DNA of 64,000 bases from Thermoplasmatota archaeon (GTDB lineage: Archaea > Thermoplasmatota > Thermoplasmata > UBA10834): contig JBFMHR010000004.1 of NCBI GenBank assembly GCA_040751795.1, positions 64,001 to 128,000 of the forward strand, read 5' to 3'. Under the pieces are notes generated by a model that saw only the letters and a list, made by a program, of their open reading frames with translations, did no database searches and had not been told where the DNA came from. Of this stretch, positions 48,173 to 57,375 are shown piece after piece (within the stretch, counting starts at the first letter, position 1; every line of letters starts with the position of its first letter). Made by a program: the position numbers and the translations under genes.

Positions 48173-49600
48173 ATGGCAGCGCGGTTCGAACCCTTCTCCA
48201 GCGACGATATCGAGAGGATGCACGACGCGACCGTGAGGGTGCTCGAGAGGACGGGTGTGAAGGTCCTCGCGGACGAGGCGGTGAGCCTCCTCACAGGGGC
48301 GGGGGCCAGCTATGACAAGGCCGCCCGCGTCGCGAGGATCCCGGAGCGCGTGCTCATGGGGAGCATCTCCGCGGCGCCGTCGAGTTTCAGGCTGCACTCC
48401 AGGGACGGGAAGCACGCCATCTCGTTCGGCGAGGGCAAGGTCCACCTGAGCAGCATGGGCACCGCGGTGAATGTGGAGGGGCTCGACGGCGTCGTGAGGC
48501 CCTCGACGGCGAAGGACCTCGTGGACTTCCTGAGGCTGACCGACGCGCTGCCGAACATCGACCACTCGTCGTGGACGTGCTGGCCCAGGGACGTCCCCGA
48601 GCGCATCGCACCCCTCGAGGCGATTCGCCTCTCGTTCCTCCACTCCAACAAGACCGTCGACGGCTGGAACTGGGGAAGGGGGGCTACCGAGGAGTCCGTC
48701 GAGCTGGCCGCCATCGTCGCGGGGGGGAGGGAGGCGCTCGCCGAGAGGCCCCTCATGCTGGGCTTCGCGAACCCGGTCAGCCCGCTCACTCTCTCCAAGG
48801 AGTCGACGGAGGGCCTCATATCGTACGCGAGGGCGGGACAGCCGTGCGTCTACCCGCCCGAGTGCATGGCCGGGGGGACCTCCCCTGCGACCATCGCTGG
48901 CCTGCTCGTGCAGCAGAACGCGGAGGTCCTCGCCTCCATCATGGTCGCCCAGCTGGCGAGCCCGGGCGCCCCCTCCATTTACAGCAGCGTCTCCGGGACG
49001 ATGGACATGCGCACCGGTTCGATCGCCCTCGGGGGTCCCGAGATAGGCCTGATAATGGCCGGGACCGCCCAGCTCGCGAGGCGCTACAAGGTGCCGTGCC
49101 GGGGGACCGGCGGGAACACGGAGTCGATGCTCCCCGACTACCAGGCCGGGGCCGAGACCGCCAACACCCTCCTCATGGCGGCGCTCAGCGGGATCGACTT
49201 CGTCTACGACGCCGCGGGCAGCATCGAGTCCAGCCTCACCGCGAGCTTCACGAAGCTGGTCCTCGACGACGCCGTGTGCGGGGGCGTCAGGAGGATACTG
49301 TCAGGGGTGGAGGTCGACGAGGAGTCCCTGGCCGTCGAGGTCATCGAGTCCGCGGGGCCGAAGGGCGCCTTCCTGAGCCACCCCCACACCCTGAGGCACT
49401 TCAGGGGCGAGGCGTACGTGCCGCCCCTGTTCTGGCGCGGCTCGCGGTCCGCCTGGACCGACAGGGACATAGTCGAGAAGGCGCGGCGCAGGGCGAGGGA
49501 GATACTGGCCGGGCACGAGGTCGCCGTCCCGCTCGACCCAGACGTCGACCGCAGGATGGTCGAGTACATCAAGTCGGTCTCGAAGAGGCCGCGGTCCTGA
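48173..49600 (+). CDS. Trimethylamine methyltransferase (MttB) superfamily protein, non-pyrrolysine
   Basis: IERMHDAT.RVLE.TG, VSPL, GGTSPATIAG.LVQQNAEVLA, MDMRTG, QLARRYKVP, DYQAG.E; no in-frame TAG. Confidence 0.92.
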   Translation: MAARFEPFSSDDIERMHDATVRVLERTGVKVLADEAVSLLTGAGASYDKAARVARIPERVLMGSISAAPSSFRLHSRDGKHAISFGEGKVHLSSMGTAVNVEGLDGVVRPSTAKDLVDFLRLTDALPNIDHSSWTCWPRDVPERIAPLEAIRLSFLHSNKTVDGWNWGRGATEESVELAAIVAGGREALAERPLMLGFANPVSPLTLSKESTEGLISYARAGQPCVYPPECMAGGTSPATIAGLLVQQNAEVLASIMVAQLASPGAPSIYSSVSGTMDMRTGSIALGGPEIGLIMAGTAQLARRYKVPCRGTGGNTESMLPDYQAGAETANTLLMAALSGIDFVYDAAGSIESSLTASFTKLVLDDAVCGGVRRILSGVEVDEESLAVEVIESAGPKGAFLSHPHTLRHFRGEAYVPPLFWRGSRSAWTDRDIVEKARRRAREILAGHEVAVPLDPDVDRRMVEYIKSVSKRPRS

Positions 49601-49603
49601 GCG

Positions 49604-50884
49604 TCAGTACTGGCTCATCTCGGCCTTCATGAACTCCCTCAGGAGGCAGGTGGCGTAGCAGCCCTTGTTGAGCGAGAACCTGAACACGGCGTGGCCCTCG
49701 CCGAAGTCGACCTCCAGGTCCCTGTAGGGCGCCAGGAGCTCCCTCCTGGTGCCCTTCGACGAGGCCTCCCCCAGGCCGACGATCTGGAAGTCCGTCTTGG
49801 ATATGCCCTCGCGCGCGACGACCCCCCTCTCTATCTCCCCCATCGGCCCGTCCGCGAAGGCCGACTCGGTGCCGTAGAGGAGGCCGCTCACGAAGGCCTT
49901 CCCCTCCCTGGCGTTCCTCCTGGCCTTCTCGAGGTTGTCGGCCGTGACCGGGATCGGGGAGTCGTGGTCCGGCAGGCGGTTCTTGTCGAGAGGGAGCACG
50001 AGGTCGCCGACCTCCGGGTCCCTCAGGGACATGCCCCTCCTGACCCTCTCGCTCAGCATCTGGTTGAACAGGTAGGACTGGTAGGCGTGGACGAACATCA
50101 TCAGGAGGTTCTGCGGCAGCGTCTTCAGGGCCCCGAGGTAGTCGCCCGGCCTCTCCACGAGGTGCCTGATCAGCGTCCTCTCAAAGGTCAGCTTCATCGG
50201 GAACTCCCTGAGGGCGGCCTCGAAGTCCCGCGATCCCTGGAGGCGCCTCCTGGCCTCGGTGACCTCCGAGTCCTCCATGAGCGGGTTGGCCACGTACCTC
50301 ATGACCGCGCCCTCGAAGTCCCCCCTGGTGAGGTCCTTCCCTATCAGGTGGGTTATGGGCCTCACGGAGCCGAAGCGCTGGACCCCGAAGTAGTTCGGGA
50401 ACCCGCCCACGGCGTCCAGCGCCCGCCTGACCCTCTCGCAGGAGTCCCTGGCGTCGACGGCCGGGTCGGTGTCGGAGACCTTGATGGTGAACCTGTTGCC
50501 GATGAGGTCCCCGATCTCTATCATCCTCCGGGCCCTGTAGGCGTCCGTGACCCTCACGTCGGGTATCGTGAGCCCCTGGACGGCCTCCAGCGGGGCGTTG
50601 AACGACATCAGCTGGGTGGCGACCGCCCTCCCGTCCTTGGTCCCCGCGAAGCCTATGCGCGACCTGCCGACGTGGAGGTTCGAGGCGAGCCTCCTCACCA
50701 GCCTGTTGGCCTCCCAGTTCCTGTGCCAGACCCTGGCCACGACGAACCTGCCGTCCGCCGACTCCGGGGGCATGACGGATATCTCGTCGACGACGAAGTC
50801 CTCGGGGGCCTTCTTGAGCTTCCCCCCGATGCCTGGGACCCCCTCGGTGAGGAACAGCTCCATGCCGAGGTCGCTCTCGTCCAT
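49604..50884 (-). CDS. truD: tRNA pseudouridine(13) synthase
   Basis: PEDFVVDE, FAGTKDGRAVATQ, GNRF.I, PNYFGVQRFG, HAYQSYLFN, L.KGCYAT..LRE. Confidence 0.95.
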   Translation of the reverse strand: MDESDLGMELFLTEGVPGIGGKLKKAPEDFVVDEISVMPPESADGRFVVARVWHRNWEANRLVRRLASNLHVGRSRIGFAGTKDGRAVATQLMSFNAPLEAVQGLTIPDVRVTDAYRARRMIEIGDLIGNRFTIKVSDTDPAVDARDSCERVRRALDAVGGFPNYFGVQRFGSVRPITHLIGKDLTRGDFEGAVMRYVANPLMEDSEVTEARRRLQGSRDFEAALREFPMKLTFERTLIRHLVERPGDYLGALKTLPQNLLMMFVHAYQSYLFNQMLSERVRRGMSLRDPEVGDLVLPLDKNRLPDHDSPIPVTADNLEKARRNAREGKAFVSGLLYGTESAFADGPMGEIERGVVAREGISKTDFQIVGLGEASSKGTRRELLAPYRDLEVDFGEGHAVFRFSLNKGCYATCLLREFMKAEMSQY

Positions 50885-50922
50885 AGGGGTGTGAAGGGGT
50901 TGCGGGATAAAAGAATCGGGGC

Positions 50923-51198
50923 TCAGCCCAGCTGTTTCTCTATCAGCTGCCTCGCCTCGACGTACTGGTTCACCAGGGACTTGGCCGCCTTCTTCAGGGC
51001 CGCCTGCGGCTTCCCGTCGTTCACCCTGACGAGCAGGACCGGCTTGTCCAGCTGCGGGTGCCCGGTGGTGTACCTCGCGTCGGCGACGTTCTTGTCCTGG
51101 AGCAGCTCGTGTATCAGAGGGTAGATCAGGGTCTCGTCCGCGTCGAGGATCTCGACCTTGATGCTGTCCTTCTTCTTGTCTACCAGCTTGAACTCCAT
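50923..51198 (-). CDS. rpoL: DNA-directed RNA polymerase subunit L (Rpo11)
   Basis: DETLIYPL..ELL....V..A.Y...HPQLD.P.L. Confidence 0.88.
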   Translation of the reverse strand: MEFKLVDKKKDSIKVEILDADETLIYPLIHELLQDKNVADARYTTGHPQLDKPVLLVRVNDGKPQAALKKAAKSLVNQYVEARQLIEKQLG

Positions 51199-51291
51199 GG
51201 TTACCGGTTTCACTCGTATGGGTAGGTGGTTCATAAAGCTTACTGAGGCCCCGGAGGGCCTCCCGGCACGGTCCAGCGACGCGCTGGCCCC

Positions 51292-51531
51292 TCACTTCGC
51301 CTTCTTCCGCTTCGCCCCGCCCTTGGCCCTCTTCCCGCCCTTCGCCTTGGCGGGCTTGGCCCTCATGAAGTCCTCGGGCCTCGCTGGGGCGGCTATGACG
51401 ACCTGCCTGTTCCTGGGGTACATCGTCCCGCACATCCTGCAGACGTCGACCTCGCACCACCGGGCGTCGGATGTCGCTATCAGCTTGATTATGCACGCGC
51501 CTCTGCACACGGGGCACTCTTGCGTTGCCAT
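51292..51531 (-). CDS. Small Cys-rich (Zn-binding) protein with Lys-rich tail
   Basis: CPVCRGAC...C..D.CRMCG and a KAKGGKRAKGGAKRKKAK tail; starts 2 nt after the hef stop. Confidence 0.7.
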   Translation of the reverse strand: MATQECPVCRGACIIKLIATSDARWCEVDVCRMCGTMYPRNRQVVIAAPARPEDFMRAKPAKAKGGKRAKGGAKRKKAK

Positions 51532-51533
51532 TC

Positions 51534-53843
51534 TCAGCCCTCCTCGAACTTCCTGCGCATCGTGGTATGAATCCCTTCGGCGATAACCTTTCCGATGCCC
51601 TCGACCCCCATCAGCTCATCGACGGAGGCGTCGGCGACCCCCTTGACGCTCCCGAAGCGCCTCAGGAGCCTCTCCGCGAGCGTGGCGGAGACGTTGGGTA
51701 GCCCCTGCACCAGGAACATCTGCCTGCCCGCGTGGTCCAGGGTGGTCTGGGTCCCCCTCCCGGCCCTCCCCCTGGCCTCCTCCTGGCTGTGCATCGAGGC
51801 GACGGCCGAGGCGGTCTGGGCCGCGTCGTTCGTCGAGAGGACCGTCATCCTGAACTCGGAGAGGAGCGAGCTCAGGTAGTCGTACACGGCGGAGTTGCCC
51901 TCCTGGGAGCCCCTCCCCTCGGCCTCCCCCTGCACTATGAGCACGGGGTGGATGTAGGCCTGCCTGAGCTTCGCGAGCGCGGCCATCATCGACCCGTCGT
52001 TCACGTCGGAGATGAAACCCTCCACGGTCCTGAAGGCGACCGCGACCCTCCCGGAGACCACGATGTCCGCCGCCTCGAGTTCCTCCTCGCGGGGGGCGAA
52101 CCCCTCCGCGGCGAGCGCCCCGGCCAGCCCCGAGCGGGCCACCCTGCCCGACACGGCGAGCGCGGCACCACCCTTGAACTCCCCCAGGGACTTCTGCCCC
52201 CTCTGCTCCGCGGTCTTCTGCGCCAGCTCCTCGCGCGCGTTCGGCGCCTCCGGGGTGAGCATGTCCTCGAGCTGCACCCTCGTGAGGGCCTCCTTGCGCC
52301 GCGGCTCCTCGGGGAGCCCCCTCCGGGCGCGCAGCTTCCTCTTGAGGGCGTCGAGCTCCCTGCGCATCTGCATCTCCTTCTTCCTGCTCGACCAGAAGTA
52401 CGCCTCGTCCTTGGTGTCCCTGGTCACGAACATGACCACGCGCCCGGCCTGCCTCCTGCCGGTCCTCCCCCTCCTCTGGATGGTCCTGATCTCGGACGGG
52501 ACGGGCTCGTAGAAGACGACAAGGTCGGTGGTCGGGATGTCGAGCCCCTCCTCGGCGATGGAGGTCGCGACGAGCACGTTGTGCTCACCCGCCCTGAACC
52601 TGTCTATGATCTCCTTCTGCTCCCTCTGGTTGAGTCCGACGTCCTCGCCCCTGCTGGACTGGCCGACGAACCTGACGGGCCTCAGTCCTTCGACCGACGC
52701 CAGCTTCTGGGTCAGGAGGTCGCACGTGTCGCGGTAGTGGGTGAAGACGATTGCCCTCGAGTCCGGCTTGGTGGCGAACTGCCCCTTCAGTATCGGGACG
52801 ATCTTCTCGAGCTTCGGGTGCTCCCTCTGCTGGCCGTAGAGGAGGGTGCGGGCCTGCTGGAACCTCGCGTCCTTCACCAGGTCCCGCGAAGCCTTCGGCC
52901 CCCCCTTCTCCTGGCCCTGCTTGACGAGCTTGTCGAAGTACCCTTCCAGGGCCCCCTTGCCCTGGGTCTGGGCGAGCTCGATCCCGTGGTTGATCTTCAT
53001 CGCGAGCGAGTTGGCGCTCGCGGTCTGGAATAGGTGGAAGTTCTTGGTGCCAGCGTCCAGCTTGGCCCTGATGACCCTGCCCGCCTCGAGCAGGTCGCGG
53101 GTGGTCGGCGGTTTCTTGGGGTCCAGGTACCCCTGCGCCCTGAGCTTCGCGACCTGGTCGTCCAGGATGCGCTGGAGGAGGTAGATCACGCGCCCCATCT
53201 CCTCCGGCATGGAGACGCCGATGAACTCCGTCTTCACGTCCTGGGTGTACTTCACGACGTCCTCGTCGAGCTCGGACCTGATCTCGACGTTGGTCATCCC
53301 GAGGTTCTCGCACACCTCGGCGATCTTGGAGACGTCGGACCCGGGCGACGCCGTCATGCCGAGGGCCAGCCCGCCGGATTCGGAGAAGCGCTTCCCGATG
53401 GACACGTACGCGTAGTCGCCGACGGCCCTGTGTGCCTCGTCGAAGACTATCAGGGAGACGCCCTTGAGGGAGATCCTCCCCTCCGCGAGGTCGTTCTCTA
53501 TGACCTGCGGGGTCGAGACGACGACCCTGCCGGAGCCCCAGAGGTCCTCCCTCTTCGATGGGCTGACCTCCCCGGTGAACATGACCGGCTCGTGCCCGAG
53601 GAGGTGCTCCCTGAGGAACTTGGAGTGCTGCTCCACGAGGGGCTTCGTGGGAGCCATGAGAAGGACCTTGCCGTCCGTCTTGGCCAGGGTCTCCGCGATG
53701 ACGATTAGCGCCACCACGGTCTTGCCCATGCCCGTCGGGAGCACCACCAGGGTGGACTCGGTGAGCGCGGCCCTGGCGATGTTGACCTGGTAGTCCCTCT
53801 CCTCGACGCTGCCTGGCCTTATGAGCTGATGCTCCACCGACAC
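51534..53843 (-). CDS. hef: Hef (FANCM/Mph1-like SF2 helicase with ERCC4-like and HhH domains)
   Basis: RDYQ, LPTGMGKT, DEAH, TASPG, ATSIAEEGLDIP, QRRGRTGR; C-terminal ERCC4-like domain and two HhH motifs. Confidence 0.93.
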   Translation of the reverse strand: MSVEHQLIRPGSVEERDYQVNIARAALTESTLVVLPTGMGKTVVALIVIAETLAKTDGKVLLMAPTKPLVEQHSKFLREHLLGHEPVMFTGEVSPSKREDLWGSGRVVVSTPQVIENDLAEGRISLKGVSLIVFDEAHRAVGDYAYVSIGKRFSESGGLALGMTASPGSDVSKIAEVCENLGMTNVEIRSELDEDVVKYTQDVKTEFIGVSMPEEMGRVIYLLQRILDDQVAKLRAQGYLDPKKPPTTRDLLEAGRVIRAKLDAGTKNFHLFQTASANSLAMKINHGIELAQTQGKGALEGYFDKLVKQGQEKGGPKASRDLVKDARFQQARTLLYGQQREHPKLEKIVPILKGQFATKPDSRAIVFTHYRDTCDLLTQKLASVEGLRPVRFVGQSSRGEDVGLNQREQKEIIDRFRAGEHNVLVATSIAEEGLDIPTTDLVVFYEPVPSEIRTIQRRGRTGRRQAGRVVMFVTRDTKDEAYFWSSRKKEMQMRRELDALKRKLRARRGLPEEPRRKEALTRVQLEDMLTPEAPNAREELAQKTAEQRGQKSLGEFKGGAALAVSGRVARSGLAGALAAEGFAPREEELEAADIVVSGRVAVAFRTVEGFISDVNDGSMMAALAKLRQAYIHPVLIVQGEAEGRGSQEGNSAVYDYLSSLLSEFRMTVLSTNDAAQTASAVASMHSQEEARGRAGRGTQTTLDHAGRQMFLVQGLPNVSATLAERLLRRFGSVKGVADASVDELMGVEGIGKVIAEGIHTTMRRKFEEG

Positions 53844-53906
53844 AGGCCTTCGAGAACGCCACGTGGGTATGAATGTTTCCCATCAGGTGGCACGAATGTA
53901 GTGCGC

Positions 53907-54224
53907 CTAGTGGCAGCCCGCGCAGCTGCCGCCGCACGAGGAGCCCGATGACTTGACCTTCACGACGACGCCGGGCCCCTGCGGGGTGTCCACGGAGTCG
54001 ATGACGGCCTCCTTGAGCTCGTCCTCGAGCGTCTTCTCGTAGATTAGCGTGAAGCCGTCGACCTTGACCTCGACGTCGCTGTCCTTCTTCTTGTCGAAGC
54101 CCATCATGTAGGCCGGGCCGGAGCAGGAGAACCCTGCGAAGAATATCCTGATCGGCTCGTTCTTCTTCTCGTCGGTGAGTATGGCGTTTATCGTCTTGGT
54201 CGCCTTCGGCGTGACTGTGACCAT
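53907..54224 (-). CDS. HesB/IscA-like Fe-S cluster assembly accessory protein
   Basis: IRIFFAGFSCSGP.Y.M.FD....D, C-terminal CGGSCAGCH. Confidence 0.75.
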   Translation of the reverse strand: MVTVTPKATKTINAILTDEKKNEPIRIFFAGFSCSGPAYMMGFDKKKDSDVEVKVDGFTLIYEKTLEDELKEAVIDSVDTPQGPGVVVKVKSSGSSCGGSCAGCH

Positions 54225-54326
54225 GCGTGTAGCCTCGTGTCGAGCTAGGCCGCACCTGATATAATTGCTTTTTGCCAGCCGCGGCTGGGGCCTTAAGCGG
54301 ACGTCCTGGCCTTATATACGGTCAGC

Positions 54327-55589
54327 CTAGACCTTGACCCGGTCGAACCCCTCGCCGCCCACGGGCTTCGTCGCGTCGATGCCCATCTTGGTGGTGGTCT
54401 CGTCCGCGCTCGGGTCGAGGCTGCTGCCCCTGGCCTTCTCTATCATCACGAGGCCCTTGTGCCCCTGGAACCTGGTTGCCACGGCCCACTCGACGTCCCT
54501 GTCGTCGAATACGTCGATGTCGCCGTCCACCACGGTCACGAGCTTCATCGAGGGGTGCGCCCCGAGCGCCGCCATTATCGCATTGACGGAGTCGCCCTCC
54601 TTCTGCTTGGTGATCGAGACCACCCCGTGGAGCCAGCAGCAGCCGCCCTCGGTCAGCCTCACGGCGTGGACCTCTGGCACCGCGGTGCTCACGGCCCTCT
54701 GGATGACCGGCTCCCTCGGCATCCCCATCATGAGGAAGTGCTCCTCCCTCCCGGGCAGGATCATCTGGAACACCGGGTCGTCCCGGTGGTATATCTTGTC
54801 TATCTCCGCGACGGGCTGGCTCCTGACGGGGTCGACGGTCCCGGTGATGTCCACGAACGGCCCCTCGTCCGCGACCTCCTTGGTCAGCCTCCCCTCCAGC
54901 ACGTACTCGGCGAAGGCGGGGACCAGGAGGCCGTTCCCGATCCTCCGGACATAGACGGGCTCGTTGAGGCACAGCTGCCTCAGGGAGCTGGCGACGTCGA
55001 GCTCGTTCTTCCCGAACTCGAGATTCATGGCCGCCGCGAGCATCACCGACGGGCACAGGCCGATCGCCACGGCGATCTTGAGCTCCTTCCCCTGCGAGAG
55101 CGCCCTCCTGTGGAGGGCGTGGAGGTGCCTCGGGACGACGCGGACCGCGAACCTCCTGTCGTCAAGGAGCATCATCCTGTGGAACGACATGTTCCTGATC
55201 CCGTCGTGCTCGGCTATGACCACGCCGGCCGTCACGAACCTGCCGCCGTCGGTGGGGTAGAACTTAGGTATGGCGGAGGCCCTGAGGTCGAAGTCCGTGA
55301 GGACGTTGGCGTCGAACGGGGCGCTGTCCACCTCCTGCGGCTGGGAGGGGGCGTCCATGGCCCTGACCATCTTGAGCGTGAGGTCGGCGGGGGTGGTGCC
55401 CATCGCATGGGCGATCCTCTCCCTCGTGGACCACAGGTTGCCCACCGCGTGGTACCCGTCCAGGTCCTCGAACAGCATCGGCCTGGTGGGCTCCTTGAGG
55501 AGGTACTTCGTGACCTCGACGTCCCGCGATACCTTGCCCTTGACCACTACCTTGTCGTCGAGACCGGAGAGGATAGCCCTGATGGACAG
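54327..55589 (-). CDS. UbiD family prFMN-dependent decarboxylase
   Basis: DGGRFVTAG, N.SFHRM, RVVPRHL, EGPF.DITGT, EGGCCWLH, KLVTVVDGDID, SSLDPS, KMGIDAT; frame stays open to a CTG at 55589 preceded by GGTGA (GTG 55547 alternative). Confidence 0.9.
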   Translation of the reverse strand: MSIRAILSGLDDKVVVKGKVSRDVEVTKYLLKEPTRPMLFEDLDGYHAVGNLWSTRERIAHAMGTTPADLTLKMVRAMDAPSQPQEVDSAPFDANVLTDFDLRASAIPKFYPTDGGRFVTAGVVIAEHDGIRNMSFHRMMLLDDRRFAVRVVPRHLHALHRRALSQGKELKIAVAIGLCPSVMLAAAMNLEFGKNELDVASSLRQLCLNEPVYVRRIGNGLLVPAFAEYVLEGRLTKEVADEGPFVDITGTVDPVRSQPVAEIDKIYHRDDPVFQMILPGREEHFLMMGMPREPVIQRAVSTAVPEVHAVRLTEGGCCWLHGVVSITKQKEGDSVNAIMAALGAHPSMKLVTVVDGDIDVFDDRDVEWAVATRFQGHKGLVMIEKARGSSLDPSADETTTKMGIDATKPVGGEGFDRVKV

Positions 55590-55703
55590 ACCATCACCGC
55601 CCGATGCATGAGAGTCACCGTATTTCTATCCTTTCTCGCCGTCCAGACGGCGCAGACTGGCCCCTGCTCAACCTTCTTATACGCATTCGCCAATCGAGTC
55701 GCG

Positions 55704-57374
55704 ATGGACATAGAACCCCTGGTCCGCAAGTACGCCCTCCAGAACGCCGTCCAGTACGGCGGGAAGGCCACGCTCGGCTCGGTGCTGGGCAAGGTGATGG
55801 CCGAGAACCCGGAGCTGAGGCCCAAGGCCAAGGAGGTCTCCGCTGCGGCCAAGGGCATCGTGGACGAGGTCAACAGGATGTCCCAGGACGCCCAGAGGGC
55901 CGCCCTGGAGTCCGTCGCGCCGGAGCTCCTCGTGAAGGAGTCGAGGCAGAGGGAGATGGGCCTCCCGGACCTCAGGAACGTGAAGGGCGAGGTCAGGATG
56001 CGCATGGCCCCGAACCCGTCCGGGCCGCTCCACCTGGGCCACAGCAGGATGGCCATACTGAACGACGAGTACGTGAAGCGCTACGGCGGGATCTGCTACA
56101 ACAGGTTCGAGGACACCGACCCCGCCAGGATAGACCCGTCGGGCTACGACTCGATACCGAGGGACTTCGAGTGGCTCGGCGTGAAGATCCACGAGACGAT
56201 CATCCAGAGCGACAGGTTCGAGATATATTACGACATCGCCCGCAAGCTCCTGGACATGGGCAAGGCGTACGTGTGCACCTGCAGGCCGGAGGAGTGGAGG
56301 GACCTCAAGAACCACAAGAAGGCCTGCCCCCACAGGGAGCAGCCCGTCGAGGAGCAGCTCCACAGGTGGGACAGGATGTTCGACGGGTCCTTCAAGGCGG
56401 AGGAGGCGTCCGTCATGGTGAAGACGGACCTCCAGCACCCCAACCCCGCGATACGCGACTTCGTCGCCCTCAGGATAGATGACACGCCGCACCCCAGGAC
56501 CGGGACGAGGTACAGGGTGTACCCGCTCATGAACCTCGCAGTGGCGGTGGACGACCACCTCCTCGACCTCACTCACGTGCTGAGGGGGAAGGACCACCTC
56601 AACAACACCTACCGGCAGGAGTACCTGTACGACTACTTCGGATGGAAGAAGCCGGAGTACATCCACTACGGCCGCGTCTCCATCGAGGACGCGCAGCTCT
56701 CGACCTCCAAGATGGCCAAGGGCATCAGGGAAGGCCTCCACAGGGGCTGGGACGACCCGCAGCTCGGCACGCTGGGCGCGATGAGGAGGAGGGGCATCAG
56801 GCCGGAGGCCATAAGGAGGTACTGGACCGAGGTGGGCATCAAGGAGGTCGACATCGAGTTCTCCTGGAAGACGCTCTTCACCTACAACCGCGAGCTCGTG
56901 GACGACACCGCGGACAGGTACTTCTTCGTGGAGGATCCCTTCAAGATGACCCTCGAGGGCGCGGATGGAGTGGTGGTCGCGAAGGCCCCGCTGCATCCTG
57001 ACCATCCTGAGCGAGGGACGAGGGCCATAGCGGTCCCCAGGGGAGGGGATGTCTTCCTGGCTCGGTCTGACCTGAAGGACGAACCGAAGAGGCTGAGACT
57101 CAAGGATCTGTGCAACGTCGATGTCAGGGGAAACACGCTCGTGTACAAGGGCAACGACCTCTCCGTCCTGAAGGAGGGCGTGAAGATCGTCCACTGGGCG
57201 CCGGCTGACGCCGTCCCGGCCGAGGTCCTGATGACCGATGGCACCACCAGAAAGGGCGTCGCAGAACCATCCCTGGCCAAGGCGATGGGGAAGGTCGTCC
57301 AGCTCGAGCGGTTCGCCTTCGTGCGCGTGGAGCAGGTCAGCCCCTCGATAAGGTGCGTGTTCACCCACAGGTGA
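55704..57374 (+). CDS. gltX: Glutamyl-tRNA synthetase (archaeal type)
   Basis: RMAPNPSGPLHLGH, RFEDTDP, YPLMN.AVAVDDH, VLRGKDH, LSTSK. Confidence 0.96.
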   Translation: MDIEPLVRKYALQNAVQYGGKATLGSVLGKVMAENPELRPKAKEVSAAAKGIVDEVNRMSQDAQRAALESVAPELLVKESRQREMGLPDLRNVKGEVRMRMAPNPSGPLHLGHSRMAILNDEYVKRYGGICYNRFEDTDPARIDPSGYDSIPRDFEWLGVKIHETIIQSDRFEIYYDIARKLLDMGKAYVCTCRPEEWRDLKNHKKACPHREQPVEEQLHRWDRMFDGSFKAEEASVMVKTDLQHPNPAIRDFVALRIDDTPHPRTGTRYRVYPLMNLAVAVDDHLLDLTHVLRGKDHLNNTYRQEYLYDYFGWKKPEYIHYGRVSIEDAQLSTSKMAKGIREGLHRGWDDPQLGTLGAMRRRGIRPEAIRRYWTEVGIKEVDIEFSWKTLFTYNRELVDDTADRYFFVEDPFKMTLEGADGVVVAKAPLHPDHPERGTRAIAVPRGGDVFLARSDLKDEPKRLRLKDLCNVDVRGNTLVYKGNDLSVLKEGVKIVHWAPADAVPAEVLMTDGTTRKGVAEPSLAKAMGKVVQLERFAFVRVEQVSPSIRCVFTHR

Positions 57375-57375
57375 G

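Noticed and set aside
54459-55703. Very long ORFs in the track (e.g. 54459..57374, 2492..4768, 33912..36506, 18049..19761, 15557..17281) as giant fusion proteins or overlapping genes
   Set aside because: They are stop-poor shadow frames of a high-GC genome; either only their C-terminal parts carry real motifs or they are antisense to well-supported genes
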